A stretch of 64,000 bases of DNA, taken from the IMG/VR virus record IMGVR_UViG_3300025684_000010; one strand, written 5' to 3'. The notes below the pieces were generated by a model. It had not been told where the DNA came from, ran no database searches, and saw only the letters and a program-made list of their open reading frames with translations. This DNA is from a virus. This document shows, in pieces, positions 18,535 to 27,675 of this stretch; the first letter of the stretch is position 1, and the number at the start of each line of letters is the position of its first letter. A program made the position numbers and the translations under genes.

Positions 18535-19284
18535 ATGTCAAAGGAATTAACAAGGCAAGAAAGATTAGATGCAGAGATCAAAAAAAGTCTTGATGCAAGA
18601 ACAAAAGAATTTAAAGAAAAAATCCAAAAGCTAACTTATGAAAAAATTAAGCAAGCTTTAGTGCCTTCAAAGGAACCATTAAAAGGTTATCCGCATAACG
18701 AAAGTATGCTCGAGGCTTCCGATCCTTGGCAGGATGATATAGATTACCTTAGCAAATTAGATAAGACTGATCCTAAAAAGGCAGCAGCGTTTAGAAAAAG
18801 AACTAAAGCACTTAAGAAGGGCGGTGGCTGGAATTTAGCAGGAAAGCCAACTCCTGAACAAAAGAAGATTATGCAACAAATGGATAGGGATGCCAAGAAA
18901 AAGCACCCCAATTTATATAGAGAAGAAGTTACTATTTCAATAGACGAATCCGTTAACGAAGCTCTTAAAGCTGGTAAAGGAAAAGGACTTGCTGATATTG
19001 ATTACGTAGGTGATAGAAAGTTAACTCAGAAAATCGAAAAGATGTTCAACATTAAGATCAAGCAGACAGGTAATACTACTGCTGATGTTACTGGAGAAAA
19101 GAAAGATATTTTAAACTTTTTACAGAAACATTACTATTACGATAATTTAGACGTTATGGAGCTACATCCTGAGATCGTTGAAGATATTGAAGAAGTAAAA
19201 GTTCCTGCTAACTATGCTGCTATGATGGCCAAGAAAAAGGCTGCTGCTGCAAAGGCTGCTGCTGCAGATAAGCGTAAAAAATAG
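18535..19284 (+). CDS. Hypothetical modular protein
   Basis: ATG 18535 after SD GGAGGA; KEPLKGYPHNE module; Lys/Ala tail. Confidence 0.6.
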   Translation: MSKELTRQERLDAEIKKSLDARTKEFKEKIQKLTYEKIKQALVPSKEPLKGYPHNESMLEASDPWQDDIDYLSKLDKTDPKKAAAFRKRTKALKKGGGWNLAGKPTPEQKKIMQQMDRDAKKKHPNLYREEVTISIDESVNEALKAGKGKGLADIDYVGDRKLTQKIEKMFNIKIKQTGNTTADVTGEKKDILNFLQKHYYYDNLDVMELHPEIVEDIEEVKVPANYAAMMAKKKAAAAKAAAADKRKK

Positions 19285-19313
19285 TTGACATTTAGTCACA
19301 GAGTTGATATAAT
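19285..19313 (+). promoter_or_regulatory. sigma70 promoter
   Basis: TTGACA-17-TATAAT. Confidence 0.8.
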
Positions 19314-19319
19314 AATATA

Positions 19320-20768
19320 ATGAAAACCATATCTGAATACAGAATATCCCCGCTCGAAGAGGAAGCAGAAATTGTTCCTTATAACGAGCTGCATATTGTT
19401 GTATTAGGTACAGGAGATGGTGACGGTACTTTTGCTGATATTGTTGAAGAAGTTTCTGTTAAGAGAGATATTAAATACGATTTCGTTGATATAACAAAAT
19501 CGTGGATTGCTGACTCTGATATTGACATCGGAACTGTAAAGCTTCGTAATGTTGATGGCAAAGATAAAGATATTGAGATTGAAACACATAACTCAATTGT
19601 ATTTGTAAGAGCAGGAGCAATCGGTACGCTTTCCTCTCAAGCGTTTGTATCCTCTTTACAAGATATTGGCTTTTTGCTTGTTAACGATTTAGAATCTATG
19701 TTAGTCTGTGATAACAAAATGTCCAACGCATTATTGTTAGGTCGTAACAATATACCGATTCCAAGAACATCATCTATACCCAACGAACAATCTATCGAAG
19801 ACGCTCATAAACGAGTAGGTGGAAAGTTCCCTGTTATTATTAAAACACTTAAAGGAACTCAAGGTGTTGGTGTAATGAAGATTGATAGTATGTCATCTTT
19901 AACAGGTGTATGTCAATCGTTATGGAAATACGATGCTGATTTGTTAATACAAGAATTCTTTGAAATGAAATCAGATGTACGTACTCTACTTGTAGGTGGT
20001 AAGATCATTGCTGCGGCAGAAAGAATACGAGCACCAGATAACAAAGACTTTAGAAACAATGTTCACCAAGGTGCAACAACAGAACCATACGATTTATCAA
20101 AGAAAGAGATCGCAGTAATTAAAGCAGCCGCAAGAGCAACAGGCGCAGTTTATTGTGGTGTAGATCATTTCGTTGACGATAAAGGCAATCCTTATATTAT
20201 CGAAGTAAACGGTTCTCCAGGAATTCGTTCTCACTTTGAAGGATACGATCCTTGGACAGAAGAAAAGACAGGTAAGATTTCTGATAAAGAAGTAGTTGAG
20301 CTCGTTATACAATTCTTTTCTAAAGATGTTAATAGGCGACCAATCTTTAGACAAGAAGCGGGATATCTTGAGACGATTATATTTACGGGAATGGAAAAGA
20401 ATCCTGTTCGTGCAAAGTTTGACACAGGTAACAGTGCAAAGGCAAGTATGTTACATGTTGATTCCATGGATGTTAAAAATGGAAAAGTTACTTGGACAAA
20501 GAACGGATATAAGTTCGAAGATAAATTATTGTATATCTCAAAACCAATGAGAGGTCAAAAACCATTTGATGAAAGACCTGTAATAGAACATGAGATACAC
20601 TTTAACAACAAAACTTATATTGCTGAAATTGCGTTATCAGTGAAAGATACTGCATCAGAAATGTTAGTGAATAGAAAGTTAATGACTAAGTTTAAAATTG
20701 CGGTGAATCCTAACAGACGATTCATACTGTCAAACAAAACAGAAAGAAACGACAAATCGGATCACTAA
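19320..20768 (+). CDS. RimK-family ATP-grasp ligase fused to a retropepsin-like (RimB-type) protease
   Basis: CDNKM, PVIIKTLKGTQGVGV, LIQEF, DVR, FRNNVHQGA, GVD, IIEVNGSPG; C-terminal AKFDTGN..ERPVI..LVNR. Confidence 0.88.
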   Translation: MKTISEYRISPLEEEAEIVPYNELHIVVLGTGDGDGTFADIVEEVSVKRDIKYDFVDITKSWIADSDIDIGTVKLRNVDGKDKDIEIETHNSIVFVRAGAIGTLSSQAFVSSLQDIGFLLVNDLESMLVCDNKMSNALLLGRNNIPIPRTSSIPNEQSIEDAHKRVGGKFPVIIKTLKGTQGVGVMKIDSMSSLTGVCQSLWKYDADLLIQEFFEMKSDVRTLLVGGKIIAAAERIRAPDNKDFRNNVHQGATTEPYDLSKKEIAVIKAAARATGAVYCGVDHFVDDKGNPYIIEVNGSPGIRSHFEGYDPWTEEKTGKISDKEVVELVIQFFSKDVNRRPIFRQEAGYLETIIFTGMEKNPVRAKFDTGNSAKASMLHVDSMDVKNGKVTWTKNGYKFEDKLLYISKPMRGQKPFDERPVIEHEIHFNNKTYIAEIALSVKDTASEMLVNRKLMTKFKIAVNPNRRFILSNKTERNDKSDH

Positions 20769-21139
20769 TGAAAAAATTTACAGAGTGGAAACATGAAGGT
20801 TTCGGATTATATGAAGGAGTTACTGTTCCTTTAGAAAGTCCTATGATTGAATTAGAAGAAGAACCAGAATTGAATTCACCTAAACGGTCAAGTGGAGATA
20901 AGAAGTATGTTGTCTATGTTAGAAACCCTGACACAGGTAATATCAAAAAGATTGAGTTCGGTGATGAGAAAGGCGGACTTACAGCTAAGATTAATGACAG
21001 AGAAGCCGCTAAGAATTTCGCAAGTCGACACAATTGCGATACTAAAACAGATAAAATGTCTGCAGGATACTGGGCCTGTAGATTACCTAAATATGCAAAA
21101 GGTCTTGGCCTCAAGGGAGGTGGTAGTTATTTCTGGTAA
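20768..21139 (+). CDS. Conserved hypothetical virion-type protein
   Basis: MKKFTEWKHE; KKYVVYVRNPDTGNIKKIEFG, SRHNCD, AGYWAC. Confidence 0.7.
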   Translation: MKKFTEWKHEGFGLYEGVTVPLESPMIELEEEPELNSPKRSSGDKKYVVYVRNPDTGNIKKIEFGDEKGGLTAKINDREAAKNFASRHNCDTKTDKMSAGYWACRLPKYAKGLGLKGGGSYFW

Positions 21140-21389
21140 ACCATATACGGATCTTGATGATATTCGTACATTTGATATTAATGAAGATCAGTCGGAGTTT
21201 GTTTGGCACAGAGATAAAGAAGACCGTTTAGTTGAAGTAATATCAGGAAATGGTTGGCAATTTCAACCAGAAAATTGTTTACCATTGTTATTACAACCAG
21301 GGATAAAGTTTAAGATCAAAGAAGGTGAATACCATCGTTTGATTAAAGGTATTGATAATTTACAGATTCGGATAACGAAACTGTTATAA
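21120..21389 (+). CDS. Small cupin-fold protein (start uncertain)
   Basis: FVWHRDKEDR, GNGWQFQ, EGEYHRLIKG; track start 20892 lies inside the previous gene. Confidence 0.65.
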   Translation: MVVISGKPYTDLDDIRTFDINEDQSEFVWHRDKEDRLVEVISGNGWQFQPENCLPLLLQPGIKFKIKEGEYHRLIKGIDNLQIRITKLL

Positions 21390-21392
21390 ATA
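21385..21392 (+). promoter_or_regulatory. T4-type late promoter
   Basis: TATAAATA. Confidence 0.65.
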
Positions 21393-21439
21393 AACATAGA
21401 ACATATAAATTAGCTTAAAAAGTTTTAAGGGAGAAAGAA

Positions 21440-21754
21440 ATGAGTTGGAAAGAAATTATCGAGAGTAAAATTGACACTAAGATGTCAGCTGCTATTCAAA
21501 AGAAAATTGGAGTGGTTAGTGAAAGAACTGTTGAAGAAGAAAACGAATATCAGAAATTCTTTCAAAAGGCGCTTAAAAAGTTTGGAATCGAATCACCAGC
21601 AGAGCTAGAAGACGACGCAGCGAAGAAGAAATTCTTTGATTACGTTGATGCAAACTGGAAAGGAGATGACGAAAAGGCAGAGGGTACTGAAGCTCAGGAT
21701 TCTATCAAGCCTTCAAAGAAAAAGGATTTGGCTGCTAGCAATTGCGGCGGTTAA
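21440..21754 (+). CDS. Conserved hypothetical late protein
   Basis: EYQKFFQKALKKFGIESPAEL..KKKFFDYVDANW module. Confidence 0.7.
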   Translation: MSWKEIIESKIDTKMSAAIQKKIGVVSERTVEEENEYQKFFQKALKKFGIESPAELEDDAAKKKFFDYVDANWKGDDEKAEGTEAQDSIKPSKKKDLAASNCGG

Positions 21755-21778
21755 TCCATTATATTATAGGAGTAAATT

Positions 21779-22021
21779 ATGTTTTTGATTGAATGGATTA
21801 AAGGCTTATTTTCTAAAGACGAAGTCACTCCTGCTAAAGTAGACCCAGTGAAGGAGCCAAAGAAGGCTGCTACTGCAAAAGGTCCTCAAGTTACTAAAGC
21901 TGCGTTAGGTAAACTAACAAAAGCTGGACTTGAAGAAGCTGGTCGTAAAGCAGGTATTGAACTCGATAAAAGAAAAAAGAAAGCCGATTTAGTTAATGAA
22001 CTTTATAAAGTTTTAAAATAA
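21779..22021 (+). CDS. Small basic protein with Rho-N-like helix pair
   Basis: LTKAGLEEAGRKAGIELDKRKKKADLVNEL. Confidence 0.6.
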   Translation: MFLIEWIKGLFSKDEVTPAKVDPVKEPKKAATAKGPQVTKAALGKLTKAGLEEAGRKAGIELDKRKKKADLVNELYKVLK

Positions 22022-22046
22022 TAAAAATAAAATTAGGAGAATAACA

Positions 22047-22343
22047 ATGGCACTATGGGGAAAAACAGACGCGGCAGCAAGCGTACCAAAGTGGCTCGAA
22101 ACCGCAGCAGGAAATACTAATAAGTCTAATGATGAAGACAACGCAGTCTTTGTTGACTTAACAGAAGCAGGTGTCGCAGCAAACAGAGCCAAAGGTCTTA
22201 CCGGTCCAGGTTGGTGGTTGTATCATACAGCAGGTGGAAGACACCACGCTGAGTGTTTAGTACCAATGAAAGTTACAGCAGTTGCTGCTGGTGACTTAGG
22301 TGTTGATGGTACAGGTGACGATGCAGTTGTAGCTGACGCTTAA
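22047..22343 (+). CDS. Probable virion structural protein
   Basis: MALWGKTD..PKW, GPGWWLY, ECLV motifs. Confidence 0.55.
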   Translation: MALWGKTDAAASVPKWLETAAGNTNKSNDEDNAVFVDLTEAGVAANRAKGLTGPGWWLYHTAGGRHHAECLVPMKVTAVAAGDLGVDGTGDDAVVADA

Positions 22344-22367
22344 TCTAAAAACATTGCCTTTATTGTT

Positions 22368-22742
22368 ATGAATTTGACTGAATCAACCTTTCTGCTATAC
22401 GCGATGAAACACTATGACAACCCTCAGTGTACTGAGATGTCAGAGTTCGAAGAGGATATTAAGAGATTTCAATATCTCCGTAAACTCTTTAGTCGATATA
22501 GACAAGATGGAGATCTGAAGGAAAGGTTAATTCTAAACCATCTCATTGTTATATTCAATGTGTTTGGTCCGCAGGCAACAAATATGTTATTCATGAGATT
22601 ACATGAGTATCACGAATATTTAAAACCATTCGTACTATATTTGAATTATATGCCAGAACTGTTAGTATACGATGATATGGCGGTAAACGCAGACTCCATT
22701 AATGGTGATCTGTTTATCGAAACAAGGCTTAGGGAAATTTAA
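22368..22742 (+). CDS. Conserved T4-like hypothetical protein
   Basis: YAMKHYDNPQC, ERLILNHLIVIFNVFG. Confidence 0.7.
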   Translation: MNLTESTFLLYAMKHYDNPQCTEMSEFEEDIKRFQYLRKLFSRYRQDGDLKERLILNHLIVIFNVFGPQATNMLFMRLHEYHEYLKPFVLYLNYMPELLVYDDMAVNADSINGDLFIETRLREI

Positions 22743-23501
22743 ATGGTAGTAGATTTATTCTTAGTGTACTCATTTATCAAAAGGCTAGTTATGCCCTTTG
22801 AAAAGTGGGAGGCATATAAGGAAGGAATTATTGATGAGAAGGGAAATCTCCTAATCAAACGTAAAGACTTCGTAAAGAATAGTCAGAAATCTGCGTTTGG
22901 TATTTTTGACCAAATGATATTGAATCTGAAGAAACTATTAGGTAAACTTCCTGGTGGGCAAACTAAACTTGCGTCTTACGCTTCAGCCTTATGGTTGATA
23001 CGTGAACAGCAAAGAATCGAAGCTACTAACTATTTAACAGAGGAATCTGTTGAAGAAGATTTAGAAATTGCGCTAGAAAGGTTTCTATCTGAAAACGAAA
23101 CGTTAATTGCTGAAGCAGCAAAACGCGAGATTGACGAAGAACCTGCTAATGCAGTCGGTGGTGGTAACATTGCCGGTTTAGGAATAGGACCTGATGGCGA
23201 ACCAGGTGTTTCTAAAAAGAATCAAAAGAAACATAAGAAACGTATTCGAGATATTATGGGTACGGTCAAAATGGAAGATGCGGTTGCTGCAGCTAATCTT
23301 AAAGCAAGACAGGCAGGCGAACTTGATACTATGAAAGATCGTCAAGATAAAGATAAAGAAAGAATTAAATTAAAACATGCTGCTGAAGTCGAAAGACAGA
23401 AGACTCAAGACGAAGTCGAAAAGGAGCGTGAGAAACGTAAACAAGAACGTGATAAAGAACGTGCAGCCGCTAAACAATCAATGGGATCTTCTGCAGGTTA
23501 A
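22743..23501 (+). CDS. Conserved T4-like hypothetical protein with charged C-terminal tail
   Basis: DLFLVYSFIKRLVMPFEKWEAYKEGIIDEKG; EEPANAVGGGNIAG. Confidence 0.7.
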   Translation: MVVDLFLVYSFIKRLVMPFEKWEAYKEGIIDEKGNLLIKRKDFVKNSQKSAFGIFDQMILNLKKLLGKLPGGQTKLASYASALWLIREQQRIEATNYLTEESVEEDLEIALERFLSENETLIAEAAKREIDEEPANAVGGGNIAGLGIGPDGEPGVSKKNQKKHKKRIRDIMGTVKMEDAVAAANLKARQAGELDTMKDRQDKDKERIKLKHAAEVERQKTQDEVEKEREKRKQERDKERAAAKQSMGSSAG

Positions 23502-23516
23502 CAAAGGAAAACAAAA

Positions 23517-24017
23517 ATGAAATCGTTTAACCAATACTCATCTGAACAAGAACAACTAGAAGAAGGCAAAGTTTCAATTGCCAAACTAAAAGTTGGCCTA
23601 GCTATGACTCCTATGTGGACAGGTCGTAGTGCAAAAAACTACGGTATCGCAGGACAGGCTGTTTATGACGGAAAAGTAAAGGTTCTAGGAATGGGAATTG
23701 TACCTTTTGGTAAAAAAGCAGAAAAGAGACATATAATCGCAAAAGATTACAAAGACGCTCAAACCAAGTATAATGATGTTTGGAATACAGAAGAAATTAA
23801 ATATGGTCGTTTTTGGAATGCTCAACACCGTATGAAAACTTTCTTTGGCAAAATTGCAGATTCTGATAAGAAAATTGAAAACGGTTTCGTATGTTGGATT
23901 TGGGAAGTAGTAGACGGACCATCTAAAGGTACAGTACATTATTGCTTTATTGACTCTGATGAGAAATGGGCAATTAGTTATTTAAATAAATCTGCTGAAT
24001 TTGAAATGATTACCTAA
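23517..24017 (+). CDS. Hypothetical head-internal protein
   Basis: MKSFNQYSSEQEQLEEG CTS-like start. Confidence 0.6.
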   Translation: MKSFNQYSSEQEQLEEGKVSIAKLKVGLAMTPMWTGRSAKNYGIAGQAVYDGKVKVLGMGIVPFGKKAEKRHIIAKDYKDAQTKYNDVWNTEEIKYGRFWNAQHRMKTFFGKIADSDKKIENGFVCWIWEVVDGPSKGTVHYCFIDSDEKWAISYLNKSAEFEMIT

Positions 24018-24367
24018 TGCCTACATACGATAAGCAATTAGAATTAGTTGAAGTATTAAAAATTGATACGGATAACACCGTTAAGAAAGTTACCATAAGC
24101 GTTAAAACTTATGATGAAGCCGTTGGAACTTCTGTATTTTCTAAACAGCCTATGATTGCTGTATTGAGTGCAGAAGATTATGCTAATAGCTCAGTAACAA
24201 AAGTTACAACAGCAAACACCGCGGTTGATATTACATTATGGGGATATGCATATGCAGGTGGTGATAATTACTATGCAAATAATATTCAGGGTTACGCAGA
24301 GAGTCAAGTTGAGTCCTTATTACAGTTTCAAGGAACAACTTCAGTAGATATATCTACGTTATCATAG
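24017..24367 (+). CDS. Hypothetical protein
   Basis: Coupled ORF (TAATG). Confidence 0.55.
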   Translation: MPTYDKQLELVEVLKIDTDNTVKKVTISVKTYDEAVGTSVFSKQPMIAVLSAEDYANSSVTKVTTANTAVDITLWGYAYAGGDNYYANNIQGYAESQVESLLQFQGTTSVDISTLS

Positions 24368-24379
24368 AGAGGAAAAGAA

Positions 24380-24847
24380 ATGTTTTTTAAAGATACGAAA
24401 TTAGACCGTGAAGCGGTATTTGAACAATTGAAGATTGATGAGGGTGTCGTATATGAAGTTTATAAAGACCATCTTGGGTATCCAACCTTCGGAGTGGGAC
24501 ACCTCGTTTTGGACTCAGATCCAGAATACGGCGCTGAAGTTGGAACTCCAGTTACGGAAGAACGAGTTAAAGAATGCTTCGATAGAGATATCGAGATTGC
24601 AGTCTCCGAGTGTGATCGCCTATACGAAGACGGGGTGTTTGGAGACTTACCCGACGAAGTCCAGCAGATACTGGTCAACATGATGTTTAACATGGGTCGT
24701 ACTCGTTTAAGCAAATTCAAGAAAATGCACGCAGCCATTCTCGAAGGAGATTGGAAAGAAGCCGCTGTTGAGGGTAGAGATTCTCAATGGCACAAACAAG
24801 TTACTAACCGAGCCGAGAGATTAATGGTTCGTTTAGAAAATGTATAA
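24380..24847 (+). CDS. Phage lysozyme (GH24, T4 e-like endolysin)
   Basis: LKIDEG..YKDHLGYPTFGVGH (E-D-T triad), VNMMFNMG, DSQWHKQV..RA. Confidence 0.93.
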   Translation: MFFKDTKLDREAVFEQLKIDEGVVYEVYKDHLGYPTFGVGHLVLDSDPEYGAEVGTPVTEERVKECFDRDIEIAVSECDRLYEDGVFGDLPDEVQQILVNMMFNMGRTRLSKFKKMHAAILEGDWKEAAVEGRDSQWHKQVTNRAERLMVRLENV

Positions 24848-24850
24848 ATA
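24843..24850 (+). promoter_or_regulatory. T4-type late promoter
   Basis: TATAAATA. Confidence 0.65.
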
Positions 24851-24883
24851 AATTTACTAACAATATAATATGGAGAATACAAC

Positions 24884-25105
24884 ATGCCAGTAAATGACAT
24901 CATCCAACAAGCGTTTGACAATAACCCGCTTAACCTTAAGAAAGCTTTTGACGACGAAATGACAAGTCGTGTAAGAGCAGCTTTAAATCAGAAATATCAA
25001 GATATGACTGATGAGCATCCTGAAGTTGCCGAAGTCGAAGCAATGGGTTCTGAAGATACTTTTGACGAAGTCGAAGAGTCAGTAGAAACACCAGAAGAAG
25101 ACTGA
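24884..25105 (+). CDS. Small acidic protein, prohead core gp67-like
   Basis: IIQQAFDNNPLNLKKAFDDEMTSRV then acidic tail. Confidence 0.5.
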   Translation: MPVNDIIQQAFDNNPLNLKKAFDDEMTSRVRAALNQKYQDMTDEHPEVAEVEAMGSEDTFDEVEESVETPEED

Positions 25106-25106
25106 T

Positions 25107-25490
25107 ATGTTTAACCAATTGTTCATAGGAATCATATTGGTACTCAGTCTTGGTGGCTATTGGTTATATTCAGAAAACCAAACTCTTAAAGCAAACAACG
25201 TTAAATTAGAAGGCGCAGTGGCAGAACAGAAAGCTGCCATTGAAGCCATCACTGAAAACTTTGAGAGACAAACAAAATCTTTAGTCAACCTTCAACGTAA
25301 TTATAATCAAATAGAACAAGAGAAAGATCAGTACCTTGCTATATTTGCTAAACATAACTTTGATAAACTTGCCATTGCTAAACCTGGTCTAATGGAAAAA
25401 AGATTCAACGACGGTACAGCAGCAGTATTTGGAGACATAGAGAATGACAGCAAAGCTATTAGCCAGCTTGACGCTCCTGACGTTCCTTAG
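25107..25490 (+). CDS. Inner-membrane spanin (Rz-like)
   Basis: N-terminal TM + coiled coil, near endolysin, overlapping a lipoprotein gene. Confidence 0.7.
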   Translation: MFNQLFIGIILVLSLGGYWLYSENQTLKANNVKLEGAVAEQKAAIEAITENFERQTKSLVNLQRNYNQIEQEKDQYLAIFAKHNFDKLAIAKPGLMEKRFNDGTAAVFGDIENDSKAISQLDAPDVP

Positions 25491-25971
25491 CGGTTGTAGT
25501 ACCCTTCAGAACGTCTTTGGCTCTAAAGAAATTGAGATCGTAACAAAACCAGTTAAGATTGAGATAATCCAACCTTCCTTACCACGTCCTATAGATCTAC
25601 AAGATCCAAAGTGGTATGTTGTCTCAGAAGCAATCATCACCAATCCATGTAAAGGACTACCTACGGGTGAGATAGATGACGATGGAAAACCTAAAACCAA
25701 AAGGCCGAAGGATTGTACCTTAGAAGAAAGAGACCATCCAGATTGGCCTGTGGGATACACCTACCTCGACAAGTTCTTAGATGAAATGAAAAAGAAAAAC
25801 AACGGAGACATAGTCTTTGTGGCAATGACCGTTGGTGACTATCAAATGATGGCTAAGAACACTCAAGAACTCCGTAGATACATTCGTGAATTGGGCGAAG
25901 TCATTGTATATTATAGAAATGTAACGATTGACGACGAACCTGCTGCTGGTCTTGCAGTAGAGAAAAAATAA
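25444..25971 (+). CDS. Outer-membrane lipoprotein spanin (Rz1-like)
   Basis: Lipobox FLSGC, Pro-rich segment QPSLPRP; overlaps i-spanin. Confidence 0.7.
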   Translation: MTAKLLASLTLLTFLSGCSTLQNVFGSKEIEIVTKPVKIEIIQPSLPRPIDLQDPKWYVVSEAIITNPCKGLPTGEIDDDGKPKTKRPKDCTLEERDHPDWPVGYTYLDKFLDEMKKKNNGDIVFVAMTVGDYQMMAKNTQELRRYIRELGEVIVYYRNVTIDDEPAAGLAVEKK

Positions 25972-26037
25972 ACTCTATTTAACTCTGAATAGTAGTGAAT
26001 AGTAGGATATCGACCCTAACCTATTGATAAATAACTA

Positions 26038-26066
26038 TTGACATAACATGCTTAATGTGTTATAAT
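26038..26066 (+). promoter_or_regulatory. sigma70 promoter
   Basis: TTGACA-17-TATAAT. Confidence 0.85.
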
Positions 26067-26086
26067 AACAATTAAGGAATAGACTG

Positions 26087-26581
26087 ATGGCCGATGAATT
26101 AAACGCTGTAAAGACTGACGTCGCGTTAATTAAAAAAGATATAAATCAGATCGGTCGATTTTTCGACAGGGTCGATAATGCAGTAGACGCAATGGCAGGC
26201 ATACAAAAGACATTGGCAGTTCAAAATCAGATCATTATGAACTTTAATGATAAGCTTGAAGATCAAGCAGAGTTGATTGAAGAGAATAAAAGACTAGACA
26301 AAGAACGTTCTGCTGTATTAGGCGATAGAATGGAAGTATATCGTAAGTCGTCAAAAGAAGATCATCAACGTATACATGATCAGAATCAACTTCATCGTAA
26401 AGAACGTAACGAAGAAATCATAAAAGAGTTAAAATCTATTGATAACAGGTTTAGTGAACGTCTTACGATAATTGAAACGAAGTTAGCTAGTGTTGAGAGG
26501 TGGAAGTATTACATGATGGGTATATCTGCTGCCATTATCTTCATCATATCAAAATTGGATATTACCTCATTTATTAGTTGA
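26087..26581 (+). CDS. Coiled-coil protein with C-terminal TM anchor
   Basis: Heptad pattern; WKYYMMGISAAIIFII tail. Confidence 0.65.
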   Translation: MADELNAVKTDVALIKKDINQIGRFFDRVDNAVDAMAGIQKTLAVQNQIIMNFNDKLEDQAELIEENKRLDKERSAVLGDRMEVYRKSSKEDHQRIHDQNQLHRKERNEEIIKELKSIDNRFSERLTIIETKLASVERWKYYMMGISAAIIFIISKLDITSFIS

Positions 26582-26606
26582 CAGCGTGCTAAAAATTTGT
26601 TATAAT
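26578..26606 (+). promoter_or_regulatory. sigma70 promoter
   Basis: TTGACA-17-TATAAT. Confidence 0.85.
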
Positions 26607-26642
26607 AGATTTTAATAACAGATATTTCGGATTTTATATATT

Positions 26643-27668
26643 ATGCTTGACTTTGTTGATATCCAGTACGCCCAACATTTGGCGGGGCGACTCGACCGAT
26701 ATCGTATCAAAAACACAAACCCTTACAAGATCAACTTTCGTTGTCCTTTATGCGGCGACTCGAAAAAGAACAAATCAAAAGCCCGTGGTTGGCTACTTGA
26801 ACGCGAGAACAAGTTGTTCTATTTCTGTCATAACTGTGGTGCAAGCCATATCTTCGGCAATTTCCTTAAGGTTGTCGACCCATTAGCTTATAATGATTAC
26901 GTTGCCGAAAAATTCATTGGCAAGGCAAATAATACTCCGGAAACAGCAACATCAACTCTAGAGTCAACCAAATTTACCCAACCAAATTTCTCTCATGGAG
27001 AACCATTAAAAAAGTTAAAAAAAATCAGCCAGCTTGAACATTCCCACCCAGTAAAGAAATATATAGATAAAAGGTCTATTCCTTCTAAGCACCATTACCG
27101 ACTCTACTTTGCACCTAAGTTTAAGGAATGGATAAATGGAATAGTACCAGGTAAGTTTGAGAACGTCAAGTATGATGAATCTCGACTCGTAATACCGTTC
27201 TTAGATAAAGACGGCAAATGTTTCGGTGTATCGGCAAGGTCAATGGATCCTAATGCGTTTCTTCGTTATATTACTATTATGTTTGATGAAGTACCTAAAC
27301 TGTATGGACTCGACAAAGTAAACTTTAACGAAAGGTATTATGTCGTTGAAGGCGCTCTTGATAGTATGTTTCTATCAAACGCAATCGCAATGAACGGAGC
27401 AGATGGAAATACTAATTCGCTCGAAAGGGTGGATAATGCAGTCTTCGTCTTTGATGCTGAACCTCGTAATTTAGAGATTCACAAAAGAATGGAGAAGATT
27501 ATCGATGCAGGGCACAGTGTGGTTATATGGCCACATAATATACCTGGCAAAGATATTAATGAAATGGTTCTCGATGGAAGTATATCCTGCGTTGAGAGTT
27601 TGATGAGAACAATTACATATAAAGGTTTAGAGGCTAAATTAAAATTTCAACAATGGAAAAGGACATAA
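26643..27668 (+). CDS. 61: DNA primase gp61
   Basis: CPLCGD..CHNC zinc finger; VVEGALDSMF and DAEPRN..GKDINEM TOPRIM motifs. Confidence 0.96.
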   Translation: MLDFVDIQYAQHLAGRLDRYRIKNTNPYKINFRCPLCGDSKKNKSKARGWLLERENKLFYFCHNCGASHIFGNFLKVVDPLAYNDYVAEKFIGKANNTPETATSTLESTKFTQPNFSHGEPLKKLKKISQLEHSHPVKKYIDKRSIPSKHHYRLYFAPKFKEWINGIVPGKFENVKYDESRLVIPFLDKDGKCFGVSARSMDPNAFLRYITIMFDEVPKLYGLDKVNFNERYYVVEGALDSMFLSNAIAMNGADGNTNSLERVDNAVFVFDAEPRNLEIHKRMEKIIDAGHSVVIWPHNIPGKDINEMVLDGSISCVESLMRTITYKGLEAKLKFQQWKRT

Positions 27669-27675
27669 GTATATA

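Noticed and set aside
25987-26006. Short tandem GAATAGTAG repeat upstream of a promoter
   Set aside because: Only two 9-10 bp units in AT-rich DNA; likely chance or slippage
26087-26581. Holin assignment
   Set aside because: It has a C-terminal TM and follows the spanins, but it sits behind its own sigma70 promoter with primase; insufficient evidence
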